Counted from the stretch's first letter, positions 41,452 to 52,717 are shown. The stretch is DNA of 64,000 nucleotides from Gammaproteobacteria bacterium (GCA_965221695.1 OZ244905.1:320001-384000), one strand, 5' to 3'. Numbers and translations are program-made. Notes: generated by a model from the sequence alone, not told the origin.

Positions 41452-43248
41452 ATGGAGCGGATCAGAAACTTTTCTATCATCGCGCATATTGACCACGGCA
41501 AATCCACCCTCGCAGATAGGTTCATCCAGACCTGTGGCGGTCTGAGTGAGCGGGAAATGTCCGCGCAGGTGTTGGATTCCATGGACCTTGAGAAGGAACG
41601 CGGGATCACCATCAAATCTCAAAGCGTGCGCCTGAATTATTCGCACCATGACGGCAATGTGTACCAGTTCAATATAATTGATACGCCCGGTCATGTCGAT
41701 TTCAGCTATGAGGTTTCCCGTTCCCTGTCTGCTTGCGAAGGCGCGCTGCTGGTTGTGGATTGTTCCCAGAGTGTTGAGGCACAAACGGTGGCCAATTGTT
41801 TCTCAGCCATTGATAACGGCCTCGAAGTCCTACCGGTGTTGAACAAGATCGACCTGCCGGCGGCAGACCCGGACAAGGTCATGCTGGACATAGAGGAATT
41901 GATCGGGATCGATGCAAAAGACGCCGTTAAAGTCAGCGCCAAGACCGGATACGGACTAGACGCCTTGCTCAGCGCAATTATCGATCGCATACCCCCTCCT
42001 GCGGGCGATCCGGATGCCCCGTTGACGGCCTTGATCATCGATTCCTGGTTTGACAATTATCTTGGAGTCGTTTCCCTGACGCGCGTTATCGCAGGCAGTC
42101 TGGGCGTAGGAGACCGGATCAGAATATTCTCAACCGGGCAGGATTACGTGGTTGACGCAGTCGGCGCATTCACTCCCAAAAGAACACCGGCAAACAGACT
42201 TGCCACCGGTGAGGTCGGCTATGTAGTCGCAGGAATAAAGGAAATCCTGGGGGCGCCGGTCGGAGACACCATTACCTTGAGCAAACGCCCTGCAGCGCGG
42301 CCGCTGCCAGGCTTCCAAGCTGCCAAGCCGCGCGTGTTTGCCGGTATGTTTCCCATCGATTCCGGTGATTTTGAAGACTTCCGCGAGGCGCTTGCCAAAC
42401 TGAAGTTGAATGACGCCGCGCTCTATTTCGAGCCTGAAACCTCCCAGGCCCTGGGATTCGGCTTCCGTTGCGGGTTCCTCGGCATGTTGCACATGGAGAT
42501 TGTCCAGGAACGGCTTGAACGCGAGTATAATATGAATCTGATCATCACGGCTCCCACGGTAGTGTATGAAGTCGATACCACTTCCGGCTCAAGAGTATAT
42601 CTGGACAATCCGGCAGACCTGCCGGGAGCGGACAAGTTGGCCGTGATACGGGAACCCATCGTTCAGGCTGATATACTGACGCCGCAGCAGTACCTGGGCA
42701 ATGTCATTTCCCTTTGTATCGAGAAAAGAGGGCAGCAGAAAAAATTGCACTATGCAGGGCGTCAGGTAGCTATTTCGTTTGAATTGCCACTGAGTGAGAT
42801 TGTCGTGGATTTTTTTGACAGGTTAAAATCGGTCAGCAAAGGTTATGCATCCTTTGATTATCATTTTGCGCGCTATCAGGAAGCGCCTCTGGTCAAACTG
42901 GATGTGTTGATCAATGGCGACAAGGTTGATGCCTTGTCCTGTATCGTGCATAGGGATCTTGCGCAACGACGCGGGCGGGAGTTAGCGGCCAGAATGAAAC
43001 AACTTGTGCCAAGGCAGATGTATGAGGTGGCCATACAAGCGGCTATTGGCTCTAAAATTATTGCCAGAGAGTCTGTCAAAGCCTTGCGCAAGAATGTAAC
43101 AGCCAAGTGCTATGGCGGTGATGTCACGCGCAAGAGAAAATTGCTTGAGAAACAAAAAGCCGGAAAAAAAAGAATGAAGCAATTGGGTTCTGTGGAGATC
43201 CCGCAATCCGCATTCATGGCCATTCTGCAGGTGCGGGGAGAACAATGA
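41452..43248 (+). CDS. lepA: Elongation factor 4 LepA
   Basis: [20 protein letters not shown]; [23 protein letters not shown]. Confidence 0.98.
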   Translation: MERIRNFSIIAHIDHGKSTLADRFIQTCGGLSEREMSAQVLDSMDLEKERGITIKSQSVRLNYSHHDGNVYQFNIIDTPGHVDFSYEVSRSLSACEGALLVVDCSQSVEAQTVANCFSAIDNGLEVLPVLNKIDLPAADPDKVMLDIEELIGIDAKDAVKVSAKTGYGLDALLSAIIDRIPPPAGDPDAPLTALIIDSWFDNYLGVVSLTRVIAGSLGVGDRIRIFSTGQDYVVDAVGAFTPKRTPANRLATGEVGYVVAGIKEILGAPVGDTITLSKRPAARPLPGFQAAKPRVFAGMFPIDSGDFEDFREALAKLKLNDAALYFEPETSQALGFGFRCGFLGMLHMEIVQERLEREYNMNLIITAPTVVYEVDTTSGSRVYLDNPADLPGADKLAVIREPIVQADILTPQQYLGNVISLCIEKRGQQKKLHYAGRQVAISFELPLSEIVVDFFDRLKSVSKGYASFDYHFARYQEAPLVKLDVLINGDKVDALSCIVHRDLAQRRGRELAARMKQLVPRQMYEVAIQAAIGSKIIARESVKALRKNVTAKCYGGDVTRKRKLLEKQKAGKKRMKQLGSVEIPQSAFMAILQVRGEQ

Positions 43249-44048
43249 CCTTTGATTTTGCCGCTTTGCTGGTATTACTAACCGCCGTCAGCGGTATTAT
43301 CTGGGCCATAGACGCGCTGTATTTTGCCCGCCAGAGGCAATCTTCCTCTGGCGCGGGCCGTACTGAACCGCTGATCGTCGATTATGCCCGATCACTATTT
43401 CCCGTTTTTCTCATCGTTTTGATCCTGCGTTCCTTTATTGTCGAACCCTTCCGCATTCCATCCGCATCCATGATGCCGACATTGTTGCGAGGTGATTTCA
43501 TCCTGGTCAATAAGTACAATTATGGTATCCGTCTGCCGGCTTTGAACACCAAGGTGTACGGCAATGGACAGCCCAAACGGGGAGATGTTATCGTGTTTCG
43601 TTATCCAGAGGACCCGACAGTGCCCTTTATCAAGCGGGTAGTGGGTGTGCCGGGCGATCGTCTGCAGTACAAAGACAAACAACTGATCATAAACGGCGCG
43701 CTAATCGAACTTGACTTCAAAGAGGTTTACCACAGCAATGGAGTAGGCAGTAGAGAGAACGGTTCCTATCTCATGGAAGAACAACTGGGTGAGATTAGAC
43801 ACGATTTACTGATTAACCCACTACAACCATCAGCGATGGAGATAGATCTGAAAATACCGGAGGGGCATTATTTTGTGCTCGGGGACAACCGTGACAATAG
43901 CAGAGACAGTCGCTACTGGGGGTTGGTGCCGGACGAAAATCTCGTGGGCAGAGCTTTTTATATTTGGATGAATTGGAGCAGCGACGGCATCCTCGACTTA
44001 GGCAGTTGGGATATGGATTGGGAGCGTATCGGGTCTGCGATAGAGTAA
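43245..44048 (+). CDS. lepB: Signal peptidase I
   Basis: [33 protein letters not shown]. Confidence 0.97.
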   Translation: MTFDFAALLVLLTAVSGIIWAIDALYFARQRQSSSGAGRTEPLIVDYARSLFPVFLIVLILRSFIVEPFRIPSASMMPTLLRGDFILVNKYNYGIRLPALNTKVYGNGQPKRGDVIVFRYPEDPTVPFIKRVVGVPGDRLQYKDKQLIINGALIELDFKEVYHSNGVGSRENGSYLMEEQLGEIRHDLLINPLQPSAMEIDLKIPEGHYFVLGDNRDNSRDSRYWGLVPDENLVGRAFYIWMNWSSDGILDLGSWDMDWERIGSAIE

Positions 44049-44061
44049 CCCGCCAACCCTA

Positions 44062-44763
44062 ATGACACACGCTGAGTTGGATACAGATTTGCACCGGCAT
44101 ATCAGCAATGTCCTGGGATATAGTTTTCACGATGCTGAGTTGCTTAACCGGGCATTGACACACCGCAGTTTCAGCAGGAATCACAATGAAAGGTTTGAAT
44201 TTCTTGGCGATGCGCTGCTCGGGATGTTCATTGCCGATGTATTGTTTGTCAAATTTCCCGAGGCTGCTGAAAACGAGCTGACCCGTTTGCGCGCATCCCT
44301 GGTCAATAAGGAAACCCTTGCGCGTCTCGCGCGAGAACTGGATCTTGGCAGGTATATCAAATTTGGCATCGGCGAACAGAAAAGCAGGGGTTGGCAAAAA
44401 AAATCGCTTCTTTCCAACGCCATGGAGGCATTAGTCGGAGCCGTTTACCTGGATTCCGACCTGGAAAACTGCCGCCAGTTTATCCGGATATTGTATGCTC
44501 GCTTGCTGGATGACTTGAGCGCAGAGAATATACCGAAAGATCCGAAATCCAAATTACAGGAATACCTGCAAGCCAATAAACAAACGTTGCCGGCCTATCA
44601 GGTCATTGCAGAGGAAGGTGACCCGCACAGTAAGATGTTTACCATCGAATGCTGTATCGACAACTTTGCCGGGCCGATAGTGGGAAAAGGCCGAAACAAG
44701 CGGGATGCGGAACAGGCGGCGGCAGAGGCGGCGTTGAAAATAATAGCTCCTGATGCGGGTTAA
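44062..44763 (+). CDS. rnc: Ribonuclease III
   Basis: ALTHRS, NERFEFLGD, dsRBD DPKSKLQE..AEQAAA. Confidence 0.96.
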   Translation: MTHAELDTDLHRHISNVLGYSFHDAELLNRALTHRSFSRNHNERFEFLGDALLGMFIADVLFVKFPEAAENELTRLRASLVNKETLARLARELDLGRYIKFGIGEQKSRGWQKKSLLSNAMEALVGAVYLDSDLENCRQFIRILYARLLDDLSAENIPKDPKSKLQEYLQANKQTLPAYQVIAEEGDPHSKMFTIECCIDNFAGPIVGKGRNKRDAEQAAAEAALKIIAPDAG

Positions 44764-45652
44764 CGATCCGGAATTCAAGGCCGGATACGTAGCTATCGTC
44801 GGCCGTCCCAATGTTGGCAAATCGACACTGTTAAACCGGTTGATTGAACATAAGGTCAGTATTGTCACTCGCAAGCCGCAGACGACGCGCTGGCGGATTA
44901 GAGGAATTAAATCAACACCGGAATATCAGATAGTCTATACCGACACGCCTGGTTACCAGGATACCCACCACAACGCGATGAATCGTTATATGAACAAAGA
45001 GGCAGTCAACTCATTGTTCCATATCGATCTGGTTTTGTTTGTTGTTGAAGCGCGCAAGTGGGAGCACAACGATGCGCTGGTTGCCAATGTGTTAAAGGAA
45101 GTCAGCGCGCCGTTGATACTGGTCATCAATAAGATGGATTTGCTGAAAGAGCGCACAATCCTGTTGCCATATATTGATATCCTGAAAGAAAAGCTGTCAT
45201 TTGCGGAGATTGTGCCGCTCAGCGCCCGACGCCGGAAAGATACAGAGCGATTGGAACGCAAAATCGTAGCCATGCTGCCGCCAGGAGATCCGTTGTTTCC
45301 TGCCGACCAGGTCAGCGATCGCAGCGCTCGTTTTCTGGCGGCCGAATATATAAGAGAAAAAGTGATGGAGCGTTTGGGCGATGAGCTGCCTTACCGAACA
45401 ACTGTGACGATTGATATCTTCGAAGATGAACCGACGCTGTTGAGGCTATGCGCCACCATCTGGGTAGAACGCCGCTCACAGCGCGCTATCCTTATCGGAG
45501 AAAGTGGCAAGATGCTTAAATCGATAGGCGCCGACGCGCGTATTGAGTTGGAAAAATTCTTCACAAAGAAGGTATATCTGCAAACCTGGGTAAAAACAAA
45601 AAAGAACTGGACCGAGGACCTCAAGGCGTTGAAGATGTTGGGATATGACTGA
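44753..45652 (+). CDS. era: GTPase Era
   Basis: GRPNVGKS, PQTTR, DTPG, NKMD, ELPY. Confidence 0.97.
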   Translation: MRVNDPEFKAGYVAIVGRPNVGKSTLLNRLIEHKVSIVTRKPQTTRWRIRGIKSTPEYQIVYTDTPGYQDTHHNAMNRYMNKEAVNSLFHIDLVLFVVEARKWEHNDALVANVLKEVSAPLILVINKMDLLKERTILLPYIDILKEKLSFAEIVPLSARRRKDTERLERKIVAMLPPGDPLFPADQVSDRSARFLAAEYIREKVMERLGDELPYRTTVTIDIFEDEPTLLRLCATIWVERRSQRAILIGESGKMLKSIGADARIELEKFFTKKVYLQTWVKTKKNWTEDLKALKMLGYD

Positions 45653-45694
45653 GGAGTCCTGGAGTTTATTGGAAATAACAGGCAATGAAATATC

Positions 45695-46408
45695 ATGAGG
45701 ATTGAACTGAATCCCTGCTATATCCTGCACAGCCGCAACTATCGGGAAACAAGCCTGTTGCTGGACGTGTTTTCGCGACAATACGGCAGGATCAGTCTGG
45801 TGGCAAAAGGTGTCAGAGGACAGAAATCAGATAAACGGGCGTTGCTCCAACCGGGAAGGAGGGTCAATATTGCCTGGACCATGCGTACAGAACTTGGAAC
45901 GCTGACTCGCGCAGAGCCTAGCCACGACAATCCAGCGCGGGGCACAGGCGGACTGTTAACTGTATTTTACATCAACGAATTGCTGACCAGATTGCTGCAC
46001 AGACATGAGCCGCACCCGGAACTGTTTGACTCGTATGCGGAAACGCTGGTGAAATTAACGGATAGCGCGACCGAGCAGGTTACCCTCAGGATATTTGAAA
46101 AACGCTTGCTTGAAGCGCTAGGCTACGGATTGACTCTTAACGCAGATACCAGTGGGAATGTCATCAGACAAGATGATGATTATAATTATCTGCTGGAACG
46201 CGGCCCGGAGCCTGCGCCGCCATCCGGCGCCGGCGAGCTAGCCATATCAGGACGGACATTGCTGGCGTTGGCGGAAGAAAAACTTGACGATAAGCTGGCG
46301 CTGGCAGAAGCCAAACAATTGATGCGCAAGGCGCTGGGCAGACTGTTAGGCAACAAACCCCTGGTCAGCCGGGAGCTTTATCATTTCAGTAATACGATGC
46401 AACACTAA
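45695..46408 (+). CDS. recO: DNA repair protein RecO
   Basis: YILHSR.YRETSLL, YINELL.RLL, LRIFE..LL..LGYG. Confidence 0.95.
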   Translation: MRIELNPCYILHSRNYRETSLLLDVFSRQYGRISLVAKGVRGQKSDKRALLQPGRRVNIAWTMRTELGTLTRAEPSHDNPARGTGGLLTVFYINELLTRLLHRHEPHPELFDSYAETLVKLTDSATEQVTLRIFEKRLLEALGYGLTLNADTSGNVIRQDDDYNYLLERGPEPAPPSGAGELAISGRTLLALAEEKLDDKLALAEAKQLMRKALGRLLGNKPLVSRELYHFSNTMQH

Positions 46409-46416
46409 CAGAAGCC

Positions 46417-47148
46417 ATGAAGCCAATAAAACTGGGCGTTAATATCGATCACGTGGCAACCTTGCGTCAGGCCAGGCTGACCCGTTACCCTGAGCCGGTA
46501 TATGCTGCCATGTTAGCCGAGCAGGCCGGCGCCGACTCCATTACAGTACACTTGCGCGAGGACCGTCGCCATATCCAGGAAAGAGACGTGGCAATGCTCA
46601 AAGATGTGTTGACGGTCCCGGTCAACCTTGAAATGGCGGTTACGGACAAGATGCTGGCGCTGGCGGAAAAACTGCGACCCGAGTACTGCTGTTTTGTGCC
46701 GGAACGACGCGCAGAGCTGACCACCGAAGGAGGATTGGAAGTGGCCGGCCAGTCGAACAGAATACGCGCTGCCTGCGCCAGACTGCAGGCAAATGGTTTC
46801 AAAGTATCATTGTTTATCGATGCGGAAGCCAGCCAGATAGACGCAGCGGTTGAGGCAGGCGCGGACATGATAGAAATCCATACAGGTCACTATGCGGACG
46901 CCCGGAACCCCGACACGCGTGACCTTGAATTCAATAAAATTGTTCGGGCGGTAGAACATGCTTCCGGATCATCTTTGCAGATCAATGCCGGACATGGATT
47001 GCACTACCACAATGTCCAACCGATCGCTTCGCTTGAGCCGGTTGCCGAACTCAATATAGGTCATTCCATTATCGCCAGGGCCGTGTTTTCCGGTCTCTAC
47101 CAGGCGGTCAAGGATATGAGGGCCTTGATGGACGAGACGAGACAGTGA
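46417..47148 (+). CDS. pdxJ: Pyridoxine 5'-phosphate synthase
   Basis: LGVNIDHVATLRQAR, HLREDRRHIQ, ELNIGHSI. Confidence 0.97.
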   Translation: MKPIKLGVNIDHVATLRQARLTRYPEPVYAAMLAEQAGADSITVHLREDRRHIQERDVAMLKDVLTVPVNLEMAVTDKMLALAEKLRPEYCCFVPERRAELTTEGGLEVAGQSNRIRAACARLQANGFKVSLFIDAEASQIDAAVEAGADMIEIHTGHYADARNPDTRDLEFNKIVRAVEHASGSSLQINAGHGLHYHNVQPIASLEPVAELNIGHSIIARAVFSGLYQAVKDMRALMDETRQ

Positions 47149-48091
47149 GATGGGCTAACAACCCCTCAAGGTCTGACGGTAATGGCGCGCTAAACTGATA
47201 CGCTCCGCTTGCCTGCAATACAGGCACGGAGATCTTGCTCGCATGCAAAAACATTCGCTTAAGGCCCAAGGCGCGTAATTGCCTGTTGAACTCCCGGTCT
47301 CCATATTTTTTATCGCCGGCAAGCGGATGGCCGATGAAATCGGCATGGACTCTGATTTGATGGGTTCGTCCGGTGCCGGTCCTGACCTTGACGCGGGTCG
47401 CATCGCGGAAAAAGCCCACCGCTTCAAACTCTGATAGAGCAGTCTTCCCATATTCATCAGGTCGCACTTTGCCTTCTCCATAATAGCTCCTGTAACGCTG
47501 CAAAGGACTATCTACTTTGATCAAGGATTTGCGCAACTGTCCATGCAGCAAAGCATCATATTCTTTCCGGACTTTTCCGGATTTCAACGACAGGTTGATC
47601 CGGCGCAGGACCGGCATTTTTTTTGCTACCAGCAAGCAACCGGATGTTTCCTTATCCAGCCGATGGATCAAATGCATACTATCCTCATCACGGTATGCCT
47701 CACGCAGTAGTTCTATCACGCCGAAAAGACTGCCGGTGCCCGCGTGCGCGGGGAGTCCGGCAGGCTTATTGATGACAAGCAGCCTTTCATCCTCGTGCAG
47801 GACACATTTTTTGATCATGTCAACCATATCTACGGGCGGCGCATGTCCGGTTCCTGTCTTTTGCTCAAATACCGGCGGGATACGAATTTCATCCGCTGTT
47901 TGCAATCGGTAATCAGGCTTGACCCGGCTTGCGTTAACTCTGACTTCTCCACGTCGTAACATCTGATAAATTCTACTTTTTGGCATTTTTTGTAGACGGG
48001 AAAGCAGGAAATTGTCAATGCGCCGGCCGGCCTGGTCAGCATCAATGATAATGTTTTCGACTTTGCTTTTTTTAAGATTAATTTGTGACAT
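47108..48091 (-). CDS. rluC: 23S rRNA pseudouridine synthase RluC
   Basis: S4 domain GRRIDNFL..GEVRVN; HRLDKETSG; TGRTHQIRVH. Confidence 0.93.
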   Translation of the reverse strand: MSQINLKKSKVENIIIDADQAGRRIDNFLLSRLQKMPKSRIYQMLRRGEVRVNASRVKPDYRLQTADEIRIPPVFEQKTGTGHAPPVDMVDMIKKCVLHEDERLLVINKPAGLPAHAGTGSLFGVIELLREAYRDEDSMHLIHRLDKETSGCLLVAKKMPVLRRINLSLKSGKVRKEYDALLHGQLRKSLIKVDSPLQRYRSYYGEGKVRPDEYGKTALSEFEAVGFFRDATRVKVRTGTGRTHQIRVHADFIGHPLAGDKKYGDREFNRQLRALGLKRMFLHASKISVPVLQASGAYQFSAPLPSDLEGLLAHLTVSSRPSRPSYP

Positions 48092-48544
48092 GTCGCATAT
48101 ATTTGCCGTAATGACTTAAGTTTGTTATAGTGTTCTTGCTAAAGCAGATAATGAGATAGCCTGCAAAAATAAGCCATAATATGGCAACTGTCCTCCATGG
48201 GTCCAGAATTTGAGATCAGGAGGCCGATCCTGAACGGATCAGAATACTGTGCTCCTGACCAGACAGCGATGTTCTGATGGAGCATCAAATCTTATGCAGG
48301 AAAACATATTACCAGGTTTCAGCCCACCAGGGATGGAACCGAGCAAACAATATGCATTGAAAACCCGGGCGCAGAATTCAGCCAGGCATGAAGATACGCT
48401 CGTAATGGCAAGCCCGGGATTAACTCGTCGCTGCGTAACCGTAGCGCGATAAGAGATTAACATGGTTCCCGGCATGCGACTGAGGTAAGTGGTCGTTGAC
48501 GGCAGGTCGTAGTTGCGCGAGCCATTGCGTAAAGGACATTTACA
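48092..48544 (+). promoter_or_regulatory. Divergent rluC/rne promoter region and probable long rne 5' leader
   Basis: 453 bp with no credible ORF; long autoregulatory rne leaders are established in gammaproteobacteria. Confidence 0.5.
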
Positions 48545-50563
48545 ATGAAAAGAATGTTGATTAACGCAACTCAGCCGGAAGAGTTGCGTGTGGCGCTAGT
48601 GGATGGCCAACGTCTGTATGATCTTGATATCGAGGCAACAGGCAGAGAACAAAAGAAGTCAAATATCTATAAATGCCGGATAGTCAGGATCGAGCCCAGT
48701 CTTGAAGCTGCTTTCGTCGATTTCGGCGCTGACCGGCATGGATTCCTTCCATTCAAGGAAATCGCCCGCTCCCTGCTGAAACCCAGAAATAACAATGACC
48801 AACGTGGCCGCATCGTCATCAAGGATTCGCTGGAGGTGGGGCAGGAATACATTGTCCAGGTAGAAAAGGAAGAGCGCGGCAACAAAGGCGCCGCGCTGAC
48901 TACGTTTATCAGTCTGGCCGGACGCTATCTGGTGCTTATGCCGAATAATCCCAGAGCAGGGGGCGTTTCCAGGCAAATCGAAGGCAACGACCGCAGCGAC
49001 GCCCGCGAAGCTATGAGCGCGCTGGAAATCCCTCAGGGCATGGGCCTGATACTGCGCACCGCCGGTGTGGGCAAAAGCGCTGAAGAATTGCAATGGGACC
49101 TGGACTACCTGAACGTCCTATGGGATTCCATCAAGACAAGCGCCAAGGATAAATCCGCGCCGTTCCTTATTTACCAGGAAAGCGAGGTCATAATCAGAGC
49201 AATCCGTGATTACCTCAGGAACGATATAGCTGAGATATGGATCGATGATAATGACATTTTCCACCGGGCGCGTGACTTTATGCAACAGGTCATGCCTCAT
49301 AATCTGCAAAAACTGAAGCTCTATTCAGGTAGCGATCCTTTATTCAGCCGCTACCAGATCGAAGGGCAGATTGAAACCGCCTTTGCCCGGGAGGTTCAAC
49401 TTCCGTCCGGTGGCGCGCTAATCATCGACCACACGGAGGCGCTCACATCGATTGACATCAACTCGGCGCGCGCGACCAAAGGCGAAGATATTGAAGAAAC
49501 GGCCTTTACCACTAACCTGGAAGCAGCGGATGAAATCGCGCGGCAGTTGCGACTGCGCGATCTTGGCGGGCTGTTTGTCATAGACTTTATTGACATGACC
49601 AATAACAGAAATCAACGTGAAGTTGAAATTCGTTTGAGAGAGGGGCTGAAGGTGGACCGCGCCAGGGTGCAAACAGGACGTATTTCACGCTTCGGCCTGC
49701 TCGAAATGTCACGCCAGCGATTGCGACCCTCACTGGGAGAATCAAGTCATATTCCTTGCCCGCGCTGCGATGGGCAGGGGACCATTCGCGGGATAAAATC
49801 CCTCTCTCTCTCTGTGCTTCGAATTATTCAGGAAGAGGCGATGAAAGAGTTGACTGCAAAGGTGGTGGCCAAACTGCCGGTTGAAGCCGCCACGTTTCTG
49901 CTGAATGAAAAACGCCAGGCTATTCGCGAAATAGAGCAGCGGCTTGATGTGGAAATAATAATAAGTCCCAATCCGACGATGGAAACGCCTCAATATCTGA
50001 TACAGCGCGTAAACCTGTCAGAGTCTGAGTCCGTTTCATTCCAGAAAGAGAGCTACAAGTTTACTGAGACAAAACAGGATAATGTTGCCGGTAACATCCC
50101 CGATGAGAGCCGAAAAATACCGGAAAAGCCTGCCTTGACTCAGATTATGCCGGACCGGCCCGCGCCAACGTCTAATCCGGAAACAGAGAAAGGACTAGTG
50201 GGTAGGCTATTCAAAAAGTTGTTCGGCGATGACAAAACGCCTGAAAAAAAGGAAGCGCCGGTTAAACCCGGAAAACCTCAGGCTTCGCGCAGCAGGAGTA
50301 GAAACAGGCCTTCCGGTAATAACGCCAGCCGGCAGCCACAACGCAGAGGCGCCAGAAAAAGTGAAGCATCATCGGGCAACGGACAACGCAGACAGGGAAA
50401 CCGTGATCAAGGAAGCAGCGAGAACAGGCAAAACCGTTCCGGCTCAAGAAACAGGAATTCGCGTGAGAGAAGAAAGCCAAGCGCAACCACTGGCGTCAGC
50501 GCTTCGCCTGAGCGCGTAGCGAATAAAATGGAAGCGCCTGTCACAACCACATCGGAAGAGTGA
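48545..50563 (+). CDS. rne: Ribonuclease E (short C-terminal scaffold)
   Basis: [21 protein letters not shown]; IDINSARAT; CPRC.G; Arg-rich tail; 672 aa. Confidence 0.97.
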   Translation: MKRMLINATQPEELRVALVDGQRLYDLDIEATGREQKKSNIYKCRIVRIEPSLEAAFVDFGADRHGFLPFKEIARSLLKPRNNNDQRGRIVIKDSLEVGQEYIVQVEKEERGNKGAALTTFISLAGRYLVLMPNNPRAGGVSRQIEGNDRSDAREAMSALEIPQGMGLILRTAGVGKSAEELQWDLDYLNVLWDSIKTSAKDKSAPFLIYQESEVIIRAIRDYLRNDIAEIWIDDNDIFHRARDFMQQVMPHNLQKLKLYSGSDPLFSRYQIEGQIETAFAREVQLPSGGALIIDHTEALTSIDINSARATKGEDIEETAFTTNLEAADEIARQLRLRDLGGLFVIDFIDMTNNRNQREVEIRLREGLKVDRARVQTGRISRFGLLEMSRQRLRPSLGESSHIPCPRCDGQGTIRGIKSLSLSVLRIIQEEAMKELTAKVVAKLPVEAATFLLNEKRQAIREIEQRLDVEIIISPNPTMETPQYLIQRVNLSESESVSFQKESYKFTETKQDNVAGNIPDESRKIPEKPALTQIMPDRPAPTSNPETEKGLVGRLFKKLFGDDKTPEKKEAPVKPGKPQASRSRSRNRPSGNNASRQPQRRGARKSEASSGNGQRRQGNRDQGSSENRQNRSGSRNRNSRERRKPSATTGVSASPERVANKMEAPVTTTSEE

Positions 50564-50591
50564 CTGCCAATTGTTGCAGGCAAACACCGGC

Positions 50592-51563
50592 ATGAACGAT
50601 CCCTGGCAAGACGATACCGAAGAAAAGGAACAGCGCTTCGAGCAAACGCTGGTAAACCGGCTGGCAAGAGAGTTTCTTGCCGAACAACGCCGCGCCAGAC
50701 GCTGGAATATCGCCTTCAAACTATTTTTTACCGCGCTCATGGCAATCTTCCTGGCGGTCTACCTGGTTGGCAAATCGGATATTTCCCCGGGTAGCCTGAA
50801 GGTCGGCAAACATACTGCGCTGATTGACGTACAAGGCATTATTGCTGACAGCGAATACAGCGGCGCCAATTTTGTCTTAGCAGGATTACGCGCGGCTTAC
50901 GAAGACAGCAATACCGCAGGCATCATTATCCGCATCAACAGTCCCGGCGGCAGCCCGGTTCAGGCAGGCTATATCAATGATGAGATAACTCGCCTGAAAA
51001 ATGAATATTCCAATATTCCGGTGTATGCGGTGATCGGCGACCTCTGCGCTTCCGGCGGTTATTATATCGCGGCAGCAGCAGATAGAATCTATGCCGACAA
51101 AGCCAGCCTGGTTGGCTCAATCGGTGTTGTTATGGCCAGTTTTGGTTTTGTCGACGCGCTAAACAAGCTGGGAATAGAGCGACGTATTTACCATGCTGGC
51201 GAACATAAGGCATTTCTGGATCCATTTTCGCCCCAACGGGGTGAAGAACTGGAACATCTTGATCAGCTCTTGTACGATATTTATCAGCAATTTGTAGATA
51301 CCGTCAAAGCAGGACGTGGAGAGCGCCTTGCCGATGATGAAAGAATCTTCTCCGGATTGATATGGACTGGCGAACAATCCGTTGAGTTGGGCTTGGTGGA
51401 CGAGCTTGGCAACGCCGAATATGTTGCCCGGGAGGTTATCGGCGCTGAAGAGATAGTGGACTTCACATACCAGGATACCTGGTTGGAACAATTCTCCCGC
51501 GGACTGGGATCATTCTTTCGCAACCGGGCTAATCTGGCAAATACTCCGTACAGGATGTATTGA
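50592..51563 (+). CDS. sppA: S49 family signal peptide peptidase
   Basis: INSPGGSPVQ, CASGGYYIA, SLVGSIGV. Confidence 0.9.
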   Translation: MNDPWQDDTEEKEQRFEQTLVNRLAREFLAEQRRARRWNIAFKLFFTALMAIFLAVYLVGKSDISPGSLKVGKHTALIDVQGIIADSEYSGANFVLAGLRAAYEDSNTAGIIIRINSPGGSPVQAGYINDEITRLKNEYSNIPVYAVIGDLCASGGYYIAAAADRIYADKASLVGSIGVVMASFGFVDALNKLGIERRIYHAGEHKAFLDPFSPQRGEELEHLDQLLYDIYQQFVDTVKAGRGERLADDERIFSGLIWTGEQSVELGLVDELGNAEYVAREVIGAEEIVDFTYQDTWLEQFSRGLGSFFRNRANLANTPYRMY

Positions 51564-51581
51564 GAAAGGAGCAAGAATTAA

Positions 51582-51629
51582 GGAACTTCTGATTCATTTA
51601 TAAATTGATAAATATTTTATTTATCAATT
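51582..51629. repeat. MITE-family end followed by an AT-rich palindrome between convergent sppA and maf
   Basis: TTAA|GGAACTTCTGATT then AATTGATAAATA-TTT-TATTTATCAATT (51603-51629). Confidence 0.55.
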
Positions 51630-51644
51630 ATTTATATAATACTA

Positions 51645-52232
51645 TTAAGGTATATTATAACCTTCAATCCGCAACATTCTTTGCAGGCTTATCAACGGCA
51701 GTCCCAGCAGCGCTGTGTTGTCATCACAGCTTATTTTGTCAACAAGGGTAATTCCTCCAGCCTCCGATCTGAAACTTCCGGCACAATCATATGGCTTGTC
51801 CCGGTTCAGATACCGATGAATCTCGGAATCGGTTAGCTCCCGGAAGTGGACCTGTACGGAGACCATGTCAAGTTGGCGGCGTCCACTTCTGCTGTTGACC
51901 AGGCAGACGCCTGTGTAAAATACCACAATTTGCCCGGACATCATTCTGAGTTGGCTGACTGCGTCCGTGTGCCCATCTGGTTTGCTCACGATTTGTCCGT
52001 TTGTCGCAGCGACCTCGTCTGAACCGATAACGAGGGCATTCGGGTAGCGTTTTGCCACTTTCAGGGCCTTGGCGAGCGCTAATCGCTCCACCAGAGCGGC
52101 AGGCGCTTCATCCTTCTTGACGCTTTCATCTATGTTGGGCGGATGACTTCGGAAGGGCAGTTGCAACCGTTCGAGCAAAGCAATGCGATTAACCGAGGAG
52201 GAGGCCAAAATAAGTTCACGTGGCGCAGACAT
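51645..52232 (-). CDS. maf: Maf family nucleoside triphosphate pyrophosphatase (YceF type)
   Basis: LILASSS..R, RLA..KA, IGSD, PYDCAGSF.SE, LLGLPLI. Confidence 0.92.
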   Translation of the reverse strand: MSAPRELILASSSVNRIALLERLQLPFRSHPPNIDESVKKDEAPAALVERLALAKALKVAKRYPNALVIGSDEVAATNGQIVSKPDGHTDAVSQLRMMSGQIVVFYTGVCLVNSRSGRRQLDMVSVQVHFRELTDSEIHRYLNRDKPYDCAGSFRSEAGGITLVDKISCDDNTALLGLPLISLQRMLRIEGYNIP

Positions 52233-52272
52233 TGTTACATAATGATCGCTAACCTGCTGTCAAGTCAATAGT

Positions 52273-52301
52273 TTGACAGCAGGTTGGACAATCGCTAAAC
52301 T
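52273..52301 (+). promoter_or_regulatory. sigma70 promoter of the yceD-rpmF-plsX-fab operon
   Basis: TTGACA, 17 nt, TAAACT. Confidence 0.7.
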
Positions 52302-52311
52302 TCCATTTTTG

Positions 52312-52395
52312 ATGTTGTCGAATCTGCCTCAATACATTGCTTCCTTGCGGCATGTAAAAGAAGATGCCCACTTGCCAGGGCAGGCAGCATTGTAG
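52312..52395 (+). pseudogene. yceD: Probable N-terminal remnant of yceD (DUF177)
   Basis: MLSNLPQYIASLRHVKEDAHLPGQAAL* at the syntenic yceD position, resembling the LP..IDP.R....LEG start of YceD. Confidence 0.5.
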
Positions 52396-52438
52396 AAAAC
52401 AAGATTAACAAGGTCATAACGTTGCCGATATATGTCTT

Positions 52439-52466
52439 AGAAACCTCTGATTAAGTCAGAGCTTCT
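52439..52466. repeat. Solo terminal hairpin of the MITE family
   Basis: AGAAACCTCTGA TTAAG TCAGAGCTTCT. Confidence 0.75.
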
Positions 52467-52499
52467 CTTAACATCGGAATAAACAGGAGAATCTGAATT

Positions 52500-52691
52500 A
52501 TGGCTGTACAACAAAGAAAGAAATCAACCGCAAAACGGGACTCACGCCGCGCCCATGACTCGTTATCGCCACCCTGTTTATCAATTGAACCCACGACAGG
52601 CGAGGTGCATCGACGTCATCATGTCAGCGCTGAAGGGTATTATAGGGGTCAAAAAGTACTTGATGCGGAGGATGAGGATGAAGCGGTATAA
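52500..52691 (+). CDS. rpmF: 50S ribosomal protein L32
   Basis: MAVQQ.KK...KR..RRAHD; [14 protein letters not shown]. Confidence 0.96.
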   Translation: MAVQQRKKSTAKRDSRRAHDSLSPPCLSIEPTTGEVHRRHHVSAEGYYRGQKVLDAEDEDEAV

Positions 52692-52717
52692 CCAATTCGG
52701 GTCAATATTGATCTGAA

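Noticed and set aside
44062-44763. RNase III with Asn at the second acidic motif (SNAMEA)
   Set aside because: Other catalytic residues are intact and Asn occurs here in other RNase III proteins; no ground to call it inactive
48239-48475. Short ORFs in the rluC-rne gap
   Set aside because: No RBS or family signal; better explained as the rne leader
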